NCBI GenBank assembly: GCA_018650165.1
Contig: JABIGM010000017.1
Location: 1 to 55,660 of the forward strand
Direction of reading: 5' to 3'
DNA: 55,660 bases
Origin: Methanobacteriota archaeon
Lineage (GTDB): Archaea > Thermoplasmatota > Poseidoniia > Poseidoniales > Poseidoniaceae
Below, piece after piece: positions 20,874-30,406 of this stretch (positions are counted from its first letter, which is position 1; every line of letters starts with the position of its first letter). Under the pieces are notes generated by a model. The model was given only the letters and a program-made list of their open reading frames with translations, searched no databases and was not told the origin of the DNA. Position numbers and translations under genes: made by a program.

Positions 20874-22388
20874 ATGAATGATTGGCTTGGACTTCACGAC
20901 TTTATCTATTACCGCACCCGCGAGGCTGCAAATTTCTTATTGGAAGATACATTCCTCGAAGCTTCTGCAAACGATATTGCATTCTTCGTATTCACGCTTG
21001 TAACTTGTCTGATTACCTTTGGTGGAATTATGGGATCAATGTTCATGATTCTCTGGATCGAGAGAAAATTCTATGCGCGAGTAAACGACCGTCGCGGTGC
21101 AACAACCGCTCTCCGCTCTTTGTGGGTCGGAGAGAACGGAGTTACTGCGGGAGAATGGTGGAACATGGTTCCATTCGGTCTTGGCAAACCAATTGGAGCA
21201 ATCAATGGTTGGCTGAATAAAGTCGCCGGAAATTCAGGACACACTCATGAAATGGTCAACCGTGTAGGAAACCGTTCGTGGTACGGAGTTACAATTTTCC
21301 CTGGTTTCTTCCAAAACCTTGCAGACGGAATGAAATTTTTAATCAAGGAACATATGGTGCCTAATCGTGCCGACAAAGTAATTTTTGAATTAGCACCATT
21401 CCTTGTTATCTCTTCTACCATTATGATCCTAGGAATGGTTCCTCTTTCGAGTGGAATCTATGGTGCAAACCCCGAGTTGTCGGTTCTCTTTGCGTTTGCA
21501 ATTTTCGGAATAGCACCTCTCGGAGTCTTCTTTGCAGGCTGGTCATCTAACAACAAGTATACACTACTTGGAGGCATCAGAAGCGCTGCACAACTAACAG
21601 CATATGAAATTCCATTGCTACTATCTATTCTAGGAGTATGCATAATGGCGGGTTCATTCAATTTCCTCGAAATCATACACTTCCAGCACTCATCTGGAAC
21701 TTGGTTATTTTTCTTGATGCCTCTTGGTGCTGTTTTGTTCTTGGTAAGTATGATCGCTGAAGTTGAAAGAATTCCATTCGATATGCCAGAAGCAGAAGCC
21801 GAACTCGTTGAGGGTTGGTGGACTGAATATGGTGGAATGAGATTCGGATTACTATTTGCTGCTGAATACATGCGTGTATACGCAGCAAGCATTCTTTTCG
21901 CTCACTTCTTTATGGGCGGATGGCATGCACCATTCGCTGGAACAATCGGCTCCATTCCATACCTCGGAGCTGCATGGTTAGCAATACCTGGCGTAATTTG
22001 GACATTGTTGAAGGCTTGGTTTATTTTCACAGTAGTGTTTGTTTGGGCGCGTACTGCATTGCCTAGGATTAGAACTGACCAAATTCTCGAATTTGGTTGG
22101 AGAATGCTTCTTCCTCTTGCAGTACTACAAGTTGCTATTGCAATTGTATACCGTTTGTACTTCTTTGACGCAGGTGCAATATCTGATACAATCGCAGGTG
22201 GCTGGGCTTGGGACCTCACAATTCAAGGATTCACTATACCATGGGGATTGCCAATAGTAACAACATTGTTCTGGGCTGGTCTCTTTTGGGTTCTGATGAA
22301 AGATGAGAATATTGAAGAGAATGAAGAACGTATGTATCACATTCGAACAATGACTCCTGCGGGAACGCACACCGCAGGAAAGGAGTGA
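20874..22388 (+). CDS. nuoH: NADH-quinone oxidoreductase subunit H (with insertion and extensions)
   Basis: ERKFYA, QNLADGMK, RSAAQLTAYEIP, RIPFDMPEAEAELVEG, LPRIRTDQ motifs; SD GAGGTGA before ATG 20874. Confidence 0.95.
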   Translation: MNDWLGLHDFIYYRTREAANFLLEDTFLEASANDIAFFVFTLVTCLITFGGIMGSMFMILWIERKFYARVNDRRGATTALRSLWVGENGVTAGEWWNMVPFGLGKPIGAINGWLNKVAGNSGHTHEMVNRVGNRSWYGVTIFPGFFQNLADGMKFLIKEHMVPNRADKVIFELAPFLVISSTIMILGMVPLSSGIYGANPELSVLFAFAIFGIAPLGVFFAGWSSNNKYTLLGGIRSAAQLTAYEIPLLLSILGVCIMAGSFNFLEIIHFQHSSGTWLFFLMPLGAVLFLVSMIAEVERIPFDMPEAEAELVEGWWTEYGGMRFGLLFAAEYMRVYAASILFAHFFMGGWHAPFAGTIGSIPYLGAAWLAIPGVIWTLLKAWFIFTVVFVWARTALPRIRTDQILEFGWRMLLPLAVLQVAIAIVYRLYFFDAGAISDTIAGGWAWDLTIQGFTIPWGLPIVTTLFWAGLFWVLMKDENIEENEERMYHIRTMTPAGTHTAGKE

Positions 22389-22397
22389 GGTGAGAAT

Positions 22398-23360
22398 ATG
22401 GCATCACATCCACATGGTAAACCGAACTTTAGAAACCTCTTTTGGTACCCGTTTAAGATAACAGGATTGACTTTCCTTCGAACATTCGATTTTATTGGTC
22501 GTAGGTTCTCAAGTGGCTACCACAATACAACTCATCCAGAATTTACGCACCCAGGCGATATTGTAAATTCTAAGAAAACTAAGCACTTGAATGACATTAC
22601 TGCAAATCATTACGCTCCAGACCGTTCAGGTACAGACCTAACTCCTACTGTTTGGAAACCCCAGACTGTAAATTACCCCTATGAGAGAATTGAAGAAATT
22701 GAACCATGGTTATTCGTTCCAGGTAATTATAATGGTAGAATTGGGGTAATTTGGGAAACCTGTACCGCATGTAAAATGTGTGTGAACATTTGTCCAAACT
22801 CTTGTCTCCACATGACTACTGAATTGCGAGTCGATGTATTGGATAGTGCAGATGGCGAATGGGAAGGATATGGATCCGAACTCGAAGTCGGTAAATTTGC
22901 CGCCGTTGAGGTCCCTGAAGTGGCAGAATCAATAGATTCGTTTATTCTAGCAACAGCGCACACCGATGTCCCTAACGAATGGAGATTTGGAGAAGTGCTT
23001 GATTTGACTGGCGACAGTGCAAGGATGCGCTGGAATGATAGTGGCGAAGAAGACATTGTGTCACTAGATACCCTCTATCCTGCAGATGACCAAATCGTTT
23101 CAGGAAGAATTGACCTTGGCCGTTGTATGTTCTGTGGTTTGTGTATGGAAGCATGTAACTTCACATCATTCTTCATGACTAACGAGTATGATGGTATGTC
23201 CGGATTTACTCGACAAGAGTTGTGGATGGATGCCAGCAGAACACGAGTTCTTGTTGGTGACCACCAAGAGGCAGTTGATGCTGAACTTGCTAAGAGGGCA
23301 AGGAAGGAACGTGACAAGCGAGCCAAGAAAGCAGCAAAGTCAGTTGCAGGGGAGGCTTGA
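22398..23360 (+). CDS. nuoI: NADH-quinone oxidoreductase subunit I (2x[4Fe-4S]) with ~80 aa internal insertion
   Basis: CTACKMCVNICP and IDLGRCMFCGLCMEAC motifs; position in operon. Confidence 0.9.
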   Translation: MASHPHGKPNFRNLFWYPFKITGLTFLRTFDFIGRRFSSGYHNTTHPEFTHPGDIVNSKKTKHLNDITANHYAPDRSGTDLTPTVWKPQTVNYPYERIEEIEPWLFVPGNYNGRIGVIWETCTACKMCVNICPNSCLHMTTELRVDVLDSADGEWEGYGSELEVGKFAAVEVPEVAESIDSFILATAHTDVPNEWRFGEVLDLTGDSARMRWNDSGEEDIVSLDTLYPADDQIVSGRIDLGRCMFCGLCMEACNFTSFFMTNEYDGMSGFTRQELWMDASRTRVLVGDHQEAVDAELAKRARKERDKRAKKAAKSVAGEA

Positions 23361-23638
23361 AAATGGACATTGGAGTTTATTTTGAAAGCGGTATGTTCTT
23401 TTTGATGAGCACCGTTGTAATCGGGGGCGCTCTTGGATTAATTTACATGCAGAGAGTTGCACACTCGATGATGTGTTTGATATTCTGTTTCATGGGAGTT
23501 GCAGGAATCTTCATTCTAATGGGTGCTGAATTCCTTGCAGTTATCCAAATCCTAGTTTACCTCGCTAGCGTAATGCTGGTAGTTTTATTCGGTATTATGC
23601 TGACTAGAAGGCAAATCTTAGAGGAGGATTTTGAATGA
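23357..23638 (+). CDS. nuoJ: NuoJ N-terminal half (split nuoJ)
   Basis: VAHS...AEFLAVIQILVYLASVMLVVLFGIML matches NuoJ TM1-3. Confidence 0.88.
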   Translation: MKMDIGVYFESGMFFLMSTVVIGGALGLIYMQRVAHSMMCLIFCFMGVAGIFILMGAEFLAVIQILVYLASVMLVVLFGIMLTRRQILEEDFE

Positions 23639-23907
23639 GATTACTTTCCATTCTTGCAAGAGTCGGCCTAGTATTCTTGGGCGCAGTTCTAGTTTCAGCG
23701 GTTTCAGCAGATATTGTGTGGGAGGATTCTTCCGATAAAGAAATCACAACTAGCGACCTCGCTTCTGCATTATTTGGCGAATGGGCATTACCATTGCTAG
23801 CACTCGGGTTTTTGATGGCCATGGCAATGGTTGGAGCAGCATATCTTGTTCGTGATGAACGTCTTGTGAATCTCGAATGGGAACTTAATGGAGGCGAAAA
23901 AGAATGA
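23635..23907 (+). CDS. nuoJ: NuoJ C-terminal half (split nuoJ)
   Basis: LASALFGEWALPLLALGFLMAMAMVGAAYL resembles NuoJ TM5; ATGA overlaps on both sides. Confidence 0.75.
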   Translation: MRLLSILARVGLVFLGAVLVSAVSADIVWEDSSDKEITTSDLASALFGEWALPLLALGFLMAMAMVGAAYLVRDERLVNLEWELNGGEKE

Positions 23908-24206
23908 TAGATCCAGCATGGGTTTCAGGCTTAGCAGCCATCTTATTCATAATTGGACTATGGGGAGCATTCAGCCGTAAGAATGCAATCGTAGTTCTGA
24001 TGTGCATTGAATTAATGCTCAACGCAGTAAATTTACAATTTGTAGCAGCAGCTAATCATTGGGGAGATGTAACCGGATGGGTATATGCCATCTTTGCAAT
24101 AGCAATCGCAGCTGGAGAAGTTGCAATTGGATTAGCAATCTTCCTCTCAATGTATGGCCAGCATGAAACGATTTCTCTAGATGAGGTAAATCTACTAAAG
24201 AACTGA
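23904..24206 (+). CDS. nuoK: NADH-quinone oxidoreductase subunit K
   Basis: LMCIELMLNAVN, IAAGEVAIGLAI motifs. Confidence 0.95.
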   Translation: MIDPAWVSGLAAILFIIGLWGAFSRKNAIVVLMCIELMLNAVNLQFVAAANHWGDVTGWVYAIFAIAIAAGEVAIGLAIFLSMYGQHETISLDEVNLLKN

Positions 24207-24215
24207 GGTGATATC

Positions 24216-26399
24216 ATGAGTGAAACCGGAATCATCGATTATGCTGTACTAATCCCTTTGCTACCAATGCTAGCATTCCCAGTAATTCTGTTCCTTGGAA
24301 AGATATTCAATGGAACGCCTGGCTGGGTAAAGAATGCCAAGGAAGGAGGAATCATTGCTCTAACTGTAATGGGAGCTAGTCTCGTTCTTACATTGCTATT
24401 AATCAAAGAACATCTTCATCACATTGGGTCAACCAATGTATTCACTTGGTTTGAATCGTCGTGGTGGAACCCGGGCGCAGATGTTGCAATTACTACGAAG
24501 GTATTTGGATTTGGAATCCATATTGATCATCTAACTGTAATGCTGTTATTCGTAGCAGCATTCCTATGTTTCCTAATCAATGTCTTCTCGATTGGTTACA
24601 TGAATACTGACCCAATTAACGATAATCGCAATCATCGTTTCTATGCAGAATTTGTATTGTTTTGTAGCGGTATGTTAGGTATGGTTCTAGCAGATTCATT
24701 CCTTTGGTTATTCATATTCTGGGAGTTAATGGGACTTTGTTCATATCTTTTGATTGGATTTTATTGGGAGAGACCAAGTGCATCTTATGCCGCTAAGAAA
24801 GCCTTCTTGACTACAAGAGTAGGAGACGTTTTCCTGATTATTGGTCTAGTAATGCTTTGGAATTTGTTTGATGGACATCTCGATTACGCGTATGTATTCG
24901 ACCCAGTAAATATCGCTGCAGTTAACTCAGGTGATTTGCAAATCGCCCTTGGAATGATGTTCATAGGAGCTGTTGGAAAGTCTGCACAATTCCCACTCCA
25001 TGTTTGGCTACCCGATGCTATGGAAGGGCCGACTCCAGTTTCTGCACTTATTCACGCAGCGACAATGGTTAACGCAGGATTATATCTCGTTGCTAGAATG
25101 TTCCCATTCTTCAGTGGTGCAGAATTAGGCGCACTCTCAACACTTGCAATCATCATTGCATGTATTGGTGGAATTACGGCTGTTATGGCAGCATTGATTG
25201 CATTCGTACAGATGGATTTGAAGAAAGTTCTAGCTTATTCTACAATGAGTCAGTTAGCCTACATCTTCACAGGATTAGGCTCTGCTCTTTGGTTTGCAAA
25301 CAATGGACACGATGATTTAGCAGCATTCGCAATGGGCGCATCTCTATTCCACCTATTCAATCACGCAATGGCCAAAGGAATGCTGTTCATGGCATCCGGT
25401 TCTGTGATTCATGAGATGCATCACGCACATCATGAAGTTGCACATCACGACGATGATCACCATGATGACCACTTCGATGCTCAATCTATGGAGAACATGG
25501 GTGGGCTGGCAAGTAGAATGCCAATCACAGCAACTGCAATGTTTGTTGGAAGCATGTCGATAATTGGAATACCATTCATAGGCGGATTCTGGTCTAAGGA
25601 AGGAATCATCTCTAGCGCATGGCAAGTCGCTCTCAAAGAACCAATATTCCTTCTACCTGCATTGCTAATACTAATCGGCGCAGGAATGACTGGATTTTAC
25701 ATGTCCCGCATGTGGTTCATGACTTTTGCAGGAAAGCCAAAGACGGAAGTCGCAGAGAAGGTTCACGAGCAAACCGCTTGGATTCCAATCCCTCTTGTTA
25801 CTCTAACTGTAATGACTCTTGGAGCGGTAGTACTAGCGGGAATGCATGCAGGTAACTGGTTAGGGAACTTTGAAACTGGGCATTATTCTAACTTCTTTGA
25901 TGGATTTGGTACAGAAATAGAACATGTTTTCTTGAATCACGACCCATTCTTAATGATACTAACATATGTTGCAATTGGCCTTTCACTAGTATTAGGGCCA
26001 TCGTTTGCTATGGCCCTTTATGGCGGTAGTTTAGATGGTGGCAAGAAAGCAAAACCTTGGATGCAGTGGGCGATAAACCTCTCTGCAAAAGTAAATAAAA
26101 ATTCCAATTTTGATAACAGTAAGTGGGCAAATTCAAGTCTTTCAGATTCATTGCATAAGCGATTACATTTCGATGCAATCTATGACGCGGCAGTGATGAA
26201 GATAGTCGTTGGATTTGCTAATTTATCAGCAATGTTTGATTCCAAGGTAATCGATGGAGCAATCAAGACAATTGAATCTACCAGCCAAAATGCATCACGA
26301 AAGATACGTTCACTTACCACAGGCAGTGCTCGTGATTACATAATGATGGCAGCACTAGGAACATTAGCAATTTTCATTCTATTATGGGGGGTGGCTTGA
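24216..26399 (+). CDS. nuoL: NADH-quinone oxidoreductase subunit L
   Basis: GKSAQFPLHVWLPDAMEGPTPVSALIHAATMV, KKVLAYST motifs. Confidence 0.96.
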   Translation: MSETGIIDYAVLIPLLPMLAFPVILFLGKIFNGTPGWVKNAKEGGIIALTVMGASLVLTLLLIKEHLHHIGSTNVFTWFESSWWNPGADVAITTKVFGFGIHIDHLTVMLLFVAAFLCFLINVFSIGYMNTDPINDNRNHRFYAEFVLFCSGMLGMVLADSFLWLFIFWELMGLCSYLLIGFYWERPSASYAAKKAFLTTRVGDVFLIIGLVMLWNLFDGHLDYAYVFDPVNIAAVNSGDLQIALGMMFIGAVGKSAQFPLHVWLPDAMEGPTPVSALIHAATMVNAGLYLVARMFPFFSGAELGALSTLAIIIACIGGITAVMAALIAFVQMDLKKVLAYSTMSQLAYIFTGLGSALWFANNGHDDLAAFAMGASLFHLFNHAMAKGMLFMASGSVIHEMHHAHHEVAHHDDDHHDDHFDAQSMENMGGLASRMPITATAMFVGSMSIIGIPFIGGFWSKEGIISSAWQVALKEPIFLLPALLILIGAGMTGFYMSRMWFMTFAGKPKTEVAEKVHEQTAWIPIPLVTLTVMTLGAVVLAGMHAGNWLGNFETGHYSNFFDGFGTEIEHVFLNHDPFLMILTYVAIGLSLVLGPSFAMALYGGSLDGGKKAKPWMQWAINLSAKVNKNSNFDNSKWANSSLSDSLHKRLHFDAIYDAAVMKIVVGFANLSAMFDSKVIDGAIKTIESTSQNASRKIRSLTTGSARDYIMMAALGTLAIFILLWGVA

Positions 26400-28112
26400 T
26401 TGAGTGGCACTCAAAGTCTAGATATTAAGAACAAGGAGTTCATGCTAGTTGGCGGTCTTTTAATCTTGGTTGCAGGTCTTATGGCCTTCTTCCCTTCAAT
26501 GAATAGTTCAGGTGAAACTGATTGGATAAGCATTCCACTTGTTGGATTCCCAATAGTGGTTAGCTGTATTTTGCTTGCATTCGCAAGCCAAGAAAAGCGT
26601 TCGAGAAAGGAGATCATTGCATCACCAATTCGTTTGTTTACATTATGTGCATCGTTGATTCCACTTGCGATATCTACCGCACTTTTCTTCGATTGGTTAA
26701 TTCTTGTCGATTGGGATCTAATGTACAATGAGTACGCACTAGAAGAAGAATACCTTTGGATAGAGTCTATTGGGGCATCTTGGCATGTTGGGATGGATGG
26801 TTTGTCCTTCCCAATGGTTTGGCTAACTACTTTCTTAGTACCAGTTACAATTGTCATGACCTGGAACGAAAAGCACGGAGCGACATATTTCCCTCTTCTA
26901 CTGATGATGGGTGGAGCATTAATTGGTGTATTCGTAGCACTCGATTTGTTCCTATTCTATGTCTTCTGGGAATTGACATTGATTCCAATGTTCTTCCTAA
27001 TTCTAAAATGGGGCGGTAAAGACCGCAGATATGCTGCTCAGAAATTCTTCATCTATACATTCTGTGCATCAGTTATCATGCTCTTGGGATTGATAACTCT
27101 CTACTTCCTACAGCCCGAATCTAGTGGTTCGGGTTACGGGACAGTAACAGGACGTACATTTGACATGACTGCACTATTTACCAATGCAAGGTCAAAGAAT
27201 GCGGGAGATAGTGTATTCCTTGGCAAAGATATGCAGAACATTTTGTTTGCAATGCTGATGTTAGGATTCTTGGTCAAGTTACCAGCGGTTCCTTTCCACA
27301 CTTGGCTTCCCGATGCACACGTACAGGCACCTACTGGGGGCTCGATGCTACTGGCAGGTGTAATGCTAAAGATGGGAGCATATGGAATGCTCAGAATACC
27401 AATTGCAATATTCCCCGATGCCCTTGTATTCTATCAGGACATCATTATGGCAATAGGTTTGATATCCCTCGTTTGGGGAGCAGTAGTTTGTTTAGGACAA
27501 ACTAATCTCAAGCGCATGGTAGCTTATTCTTCAGTGTCTCACATGGGTGTAATTCTTCTAGGAATTGCAAGTATGCAGCCAATCGGATATGCAGCCGCAC
27601 TGTTCATGATGTTCGCACACGGAATCATTTCACCAATGCTATTCGCAGTATGTGGTGCATTCAAGCATCATTATCATTCGATGGAAATTGGTGATATGCG
27701 TGGCATGGCACGTTGGTCTCCATTCTTGGCAGTCTACATGATGTTTGCATGGATGGCAAGTTTAGGTCTACCTTTACTTGCAGGGTTCGTTGCAGAATTG
27801 ATGGTATTACTTGCATATTGGCCAGCATATGGCTGGTGGATATTATTGCCAGGATTTGTGTTAGCAATAACCGCAGCATACTACTTGTGGTCAATGCAAC
27901 GTACAATCTTTGAGGGTGGCGATGAAGGCCAGCCTCCAGAATCTCTGAAAGGAGAAACACCACCAGATATTACTCTTCCAGAGAATATCGGTATGATAAT
28001 TCTAGCAGTGTTTACTGTGATCTTTGGAATATTCCCATTCATCGCATTGGGAATGATGGACCAATGGGCTGTGGCTCTCTTCGAGGGTGTATTCATAACA
28101 GGGGGTATCTGA
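26400..28112 (+). CDS. nuoM: NADH-quinone oxidoreductase subunit M
   Basis: FYVFWE, VKLPAVPFHTWLPDAHVQAPTGGS, LKMGAYG motifs. Confidence 0.95.
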   Translation: MSGTQSLDIKNKEFMLVGGLLILVAGLMAFFPSMNSSGETDWISIPLVGFPIVVSCILLAFASQEKRSRKEIIASPIRLFTLCASLIPLAISTALFFDWLILVDWDLMYNEYALEEEYLWIESIGASWHVGMDGLSFPMVWLTTFLVPVTIVMTWNEKHGATYFPLLLMMGGALIGVFVALDLFLFYVFWELTLIPMFFLILKWGGKDRRYAAQKFFIYTFCASVIMLLGLITLYFLQPESSGSGYGTVTGRTFDMTALFTNARSKNAGDSVFLGKDMQNILFAMLMLGFLVKLPAVPFHTWLPDAHVQAPTGGSMLLAGVMLKMGAYGMLRIPIAIFPDALVFYQDIIMAIGLISLVWGAVVCLGQTNLKRMVAYSSVSHMGVILLGIASMQPIGYAAALFMMFAHGIISPMLFAVCGAFKHHYHSMEIGDMRGMARWSPFLAVYMMFAWMASLGLPLLAGFVAELMVLLAYWPAYGWWILLPGFVLAITAAYYLWSMQRTIFEGGDEGQPPESLKGETPPDITLPENIGMIILAVFTVIFGIFPFIALGMMDQWAVALFEGVFITGGI

Positions 28113-29792
28113 ATGGGCACTGAAGTATTCTCAACTGAGTTTTGGAAGGCTGTTGCCCCAGAAGCAATATTGGTGATTGGATTAGTTTTGATATTCGTTG
28201 TACCAAATCTTGGCAACTCAAAATTCCGAATTCCATTGACTAAAGTACAAATTCCTTGGTTCTTAGGTGGCCGTCGTTTCAAGTTCACAGGTTCACCTGC
28301 CATCCCCGGAATGCTTGCTGCTGCCACTTTATTCACGGCACTGGGCATGATGGTAATCGAAACAATCGATGGAAAGATGGATACAACTACTGTAACTAGT
28401 GGCGAGACCGTCTTGTTACAGATAGATGCATTTTCTAGGTTCTTTGAGATAATTTTCCTTGCAGCAATTTTGCTGGCTGTAATGGCTAGCCTTGACCGTA
28501 TTCCTGCAAATACTTTCGAAGGCAAGAAAACCCTTGATGAATTATATGACAACCGCCGGCAGGCAGATCTCTACATCTTGATGCTTACAACAGCCGTAGG
28601 AATGTGTATGGTTGCTTTGGCTCAAGACCTGTTCGTCCTATTTGTTGGCTTGGAACTTGCAAGCCTAGCGACATATGTTCTGGTTGCATTCCACAAGGAA
28701 TCCAAGGCAGGAGCAGAAGCCGGTGTGAAGTATTTCATTGTAGGTTCAGTTGCTAGTGGAATCGGATTGTATGGTCTTTCTCTACTATACTTGGAGTATG
28801 GAAGTTTACAACTAGATGTGCTGGCATCAGACTGGGATGGAAGCATCCTTGCAACAATTGGACTCGGTTTAGTACTGGTTGGATTTGGTTTCAAGGTCAG
28901 CGCAGCACCTTTCCACTTTGCAGCACCAGATGCATACGCAGGAGCAAATTCTCCTGTTGCTGGAATTCTTGCAACCGCCTCCAAGGCAATGGGTATGATT
29001 GGATTGGTCAGAGTTCTGTTGGTAGTTGCTCTACCTGATGTAGACTCTGATGGAAGTGCAATTTGGTTGTACACACTAGCAACTCTCTCCGTTGTTACAA
29101 TGACGTGGGGTAACCTTGCAGCTTTGGGTTCAACTAATCCCAAGAGAATGCTTGCTTATTCTTCAGTCGCCCATGCGGGTTACATGATGGCTGCTCTAAC
29201 TGCAGTCGGAGCATGGAAATGGGGTGAAATCGAGGCGCCAGTAGAATATGCCCACGCAATCGTAGCAGCAGTTCTATTCCACTTATTCGTATTAGTTGCC
29301 TTCAAACTTGGAGCATTCCTTGTATTGGGCTTATTGGAAATGGAAGGTGGAGCAAGTAGATTATCCGCATTATCAGGCTTGGCAAGAAGAGATCCACTAA
29401 TCGGAACTGCAATGTTCGTGTTTATGCTTTCTCTAGCAGGCGTTCCGCCTCTAGCAGGATTCATGTCAAAGTTCCTAGTTGTCTCGGGAATAGTGTCAGC
29501 CAGTATCGGTGACCTTTCGGGTTCAGTCTCATTTTCTGATTTACATTGGATTTGGTGGCTGGCACTAGCTATGTTCATCAACAGCGCAATTTCAGTATTC
29601 TATTATTTGCGAATTGGTGTTGTCATGTTCTTGGATGTGCCAGAAGAAGGTCGTCGTAAACCACTTCCATATGGAGCATCAATTAGAATGGCAATTTGGA
29701 TTTGTCTGGTTGCAACAATCATCATTGGATTATCGGGAGATACTCTAATCGACATGTGCTATCGTGCAGCAGAGAGCCTAAATCTTGGTTGA
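28113..29792 (+). CDS. nuoN: NADH-quinone oxidoreductase subunit N
   Basis: EAGVKYF, FKVSAAPFHFAAPDAYAGA, KRMLAYSS, GVPPLAGFMSK motifs. Confidence 0.95.
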   Translation: MGTEVFSTEFWKAVAPEAILVIGLVLIFVVPNLGNSKFRIPLTKVQIPWFLGGRRFKFTGSPAIPGMLAAATLFTALGMMVIETIDGKMDTTTVTSGETVLLQIDAFSRFFEIIFLAAILLAVMASLDRIPANTFEGKKTLDELYDNRRQADLYILMLTTAVGMCMVALAQDLFVLFVGLELASLATYVLVAFHKESKAGAEAGVKYFIVGSVASGIGLYGLSLLYLEYGSLQLDVLASDWDGSILATIGLGLVLVGFGFKVSAAPFHFAAPDAYAGANSPVAGILATASKAMGMIGLVRVLLVVALPDVDSDGSAIWLYTLATLSVVTMTWGNLAALGSTNPKRMLAYSSVAHAGYMMAALTAVGAWKWGEIEAPVEYAHAIVAAVLFHLFVLVAFKLGAFLVLGLLEMEGGASRLSALSGLARRDPLIGTAMFVFMLSLAGVPPLAGFMSKFLVVSGIVSASIGDLSGSVSFSDLHWIWWLALAMFINSAISVFYYLRIGVVMFLDVPEEGRRKPLPYGASIRMAIWICLVATIIIGLSGDTLIDMCYRAAESLNLG

Positions 29793-29834
29793 TACCATAT
29801 CAGCCTTCAAGTAGGAAGGGCTTTTGGGCATCTT

Positions 29835-30350
29835 ATGGGCCGCAGACGCGAAGAGAAAGTAGACGAGGAGGAATTAGCTCGTCTAATGGGCCCTACAGAG
29901 GGGGAATCCTCTAAGATTCGAGTCAAGATGCCTAATACCAAAGTCAACGAAATGTTTGCAATTGCAGAACAGATACTCGGCGGTCGTCGAGTTACAGTAC
30001 TCTGTGCTGATGGCGAGACTCGAATGGCAAGAATCCCTGGCAAAATGCGTCGTCGTCAATGGGTTCGCGATGGTGATTTGATTATCGTTTGGCCATGGGA
30101 TTTCCAAGACTCTAAAGCGGATGTAAAACACCGTTATACCAAAACTCAAGCATTGTATCTTTCTCGTAGAGGGGTACTTCCATCAGCAGTCGATGTCTTT
30201 GGAATGAGTTCTCAAGCCGATGATTTCGATGATGAGGACGGACTATTCGCATCTAGTGATGTAGCAGTAGTAGAAGAGCCAGCAGAAGAATCGGTTGAGG
30301 AAATTGATGATGGTGATGATGACGAAGAGATCAACGATCTTTTCGGCTGA
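29835..30350 (+). CDS. eif1a: translation initiation factor aIF-1A with long acidic tail
   Basis: ARIPGKMRRRQWVRDGDLIIVWPWDFQ motif. Confidence 0.95.
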   Translation: MGRRREEKVDEEELARLMGPTEGESSKIRVKMPNTKVNEMFAIAEQILGGRRVTVLCADGETRMARIPGKMRRRQWVRDGDLIIVWPWDFQDSKADVKHRYTKTQALYLSRRGVLPSAVDVFGMSSQADDFDDEDGLFASSDVAVVEEPAEESVEEIDDGDDDEEINDLFG

Positions 30351-30406
30351 TTATACCGAAGAATCATGGTCTGACCAGCCTCAATAGTTTGTGAGGAGGC
30401 CAATGC

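Noticed and set aside
27881-28552. 223-aa antisense ORF, and similar long antisense ORFs such as 42656-43255 and 51630-52316
   Set aside because: Shadow ORFs opposite well-supported genes, with no motifs; typical of hydrophobic or biased coding strands
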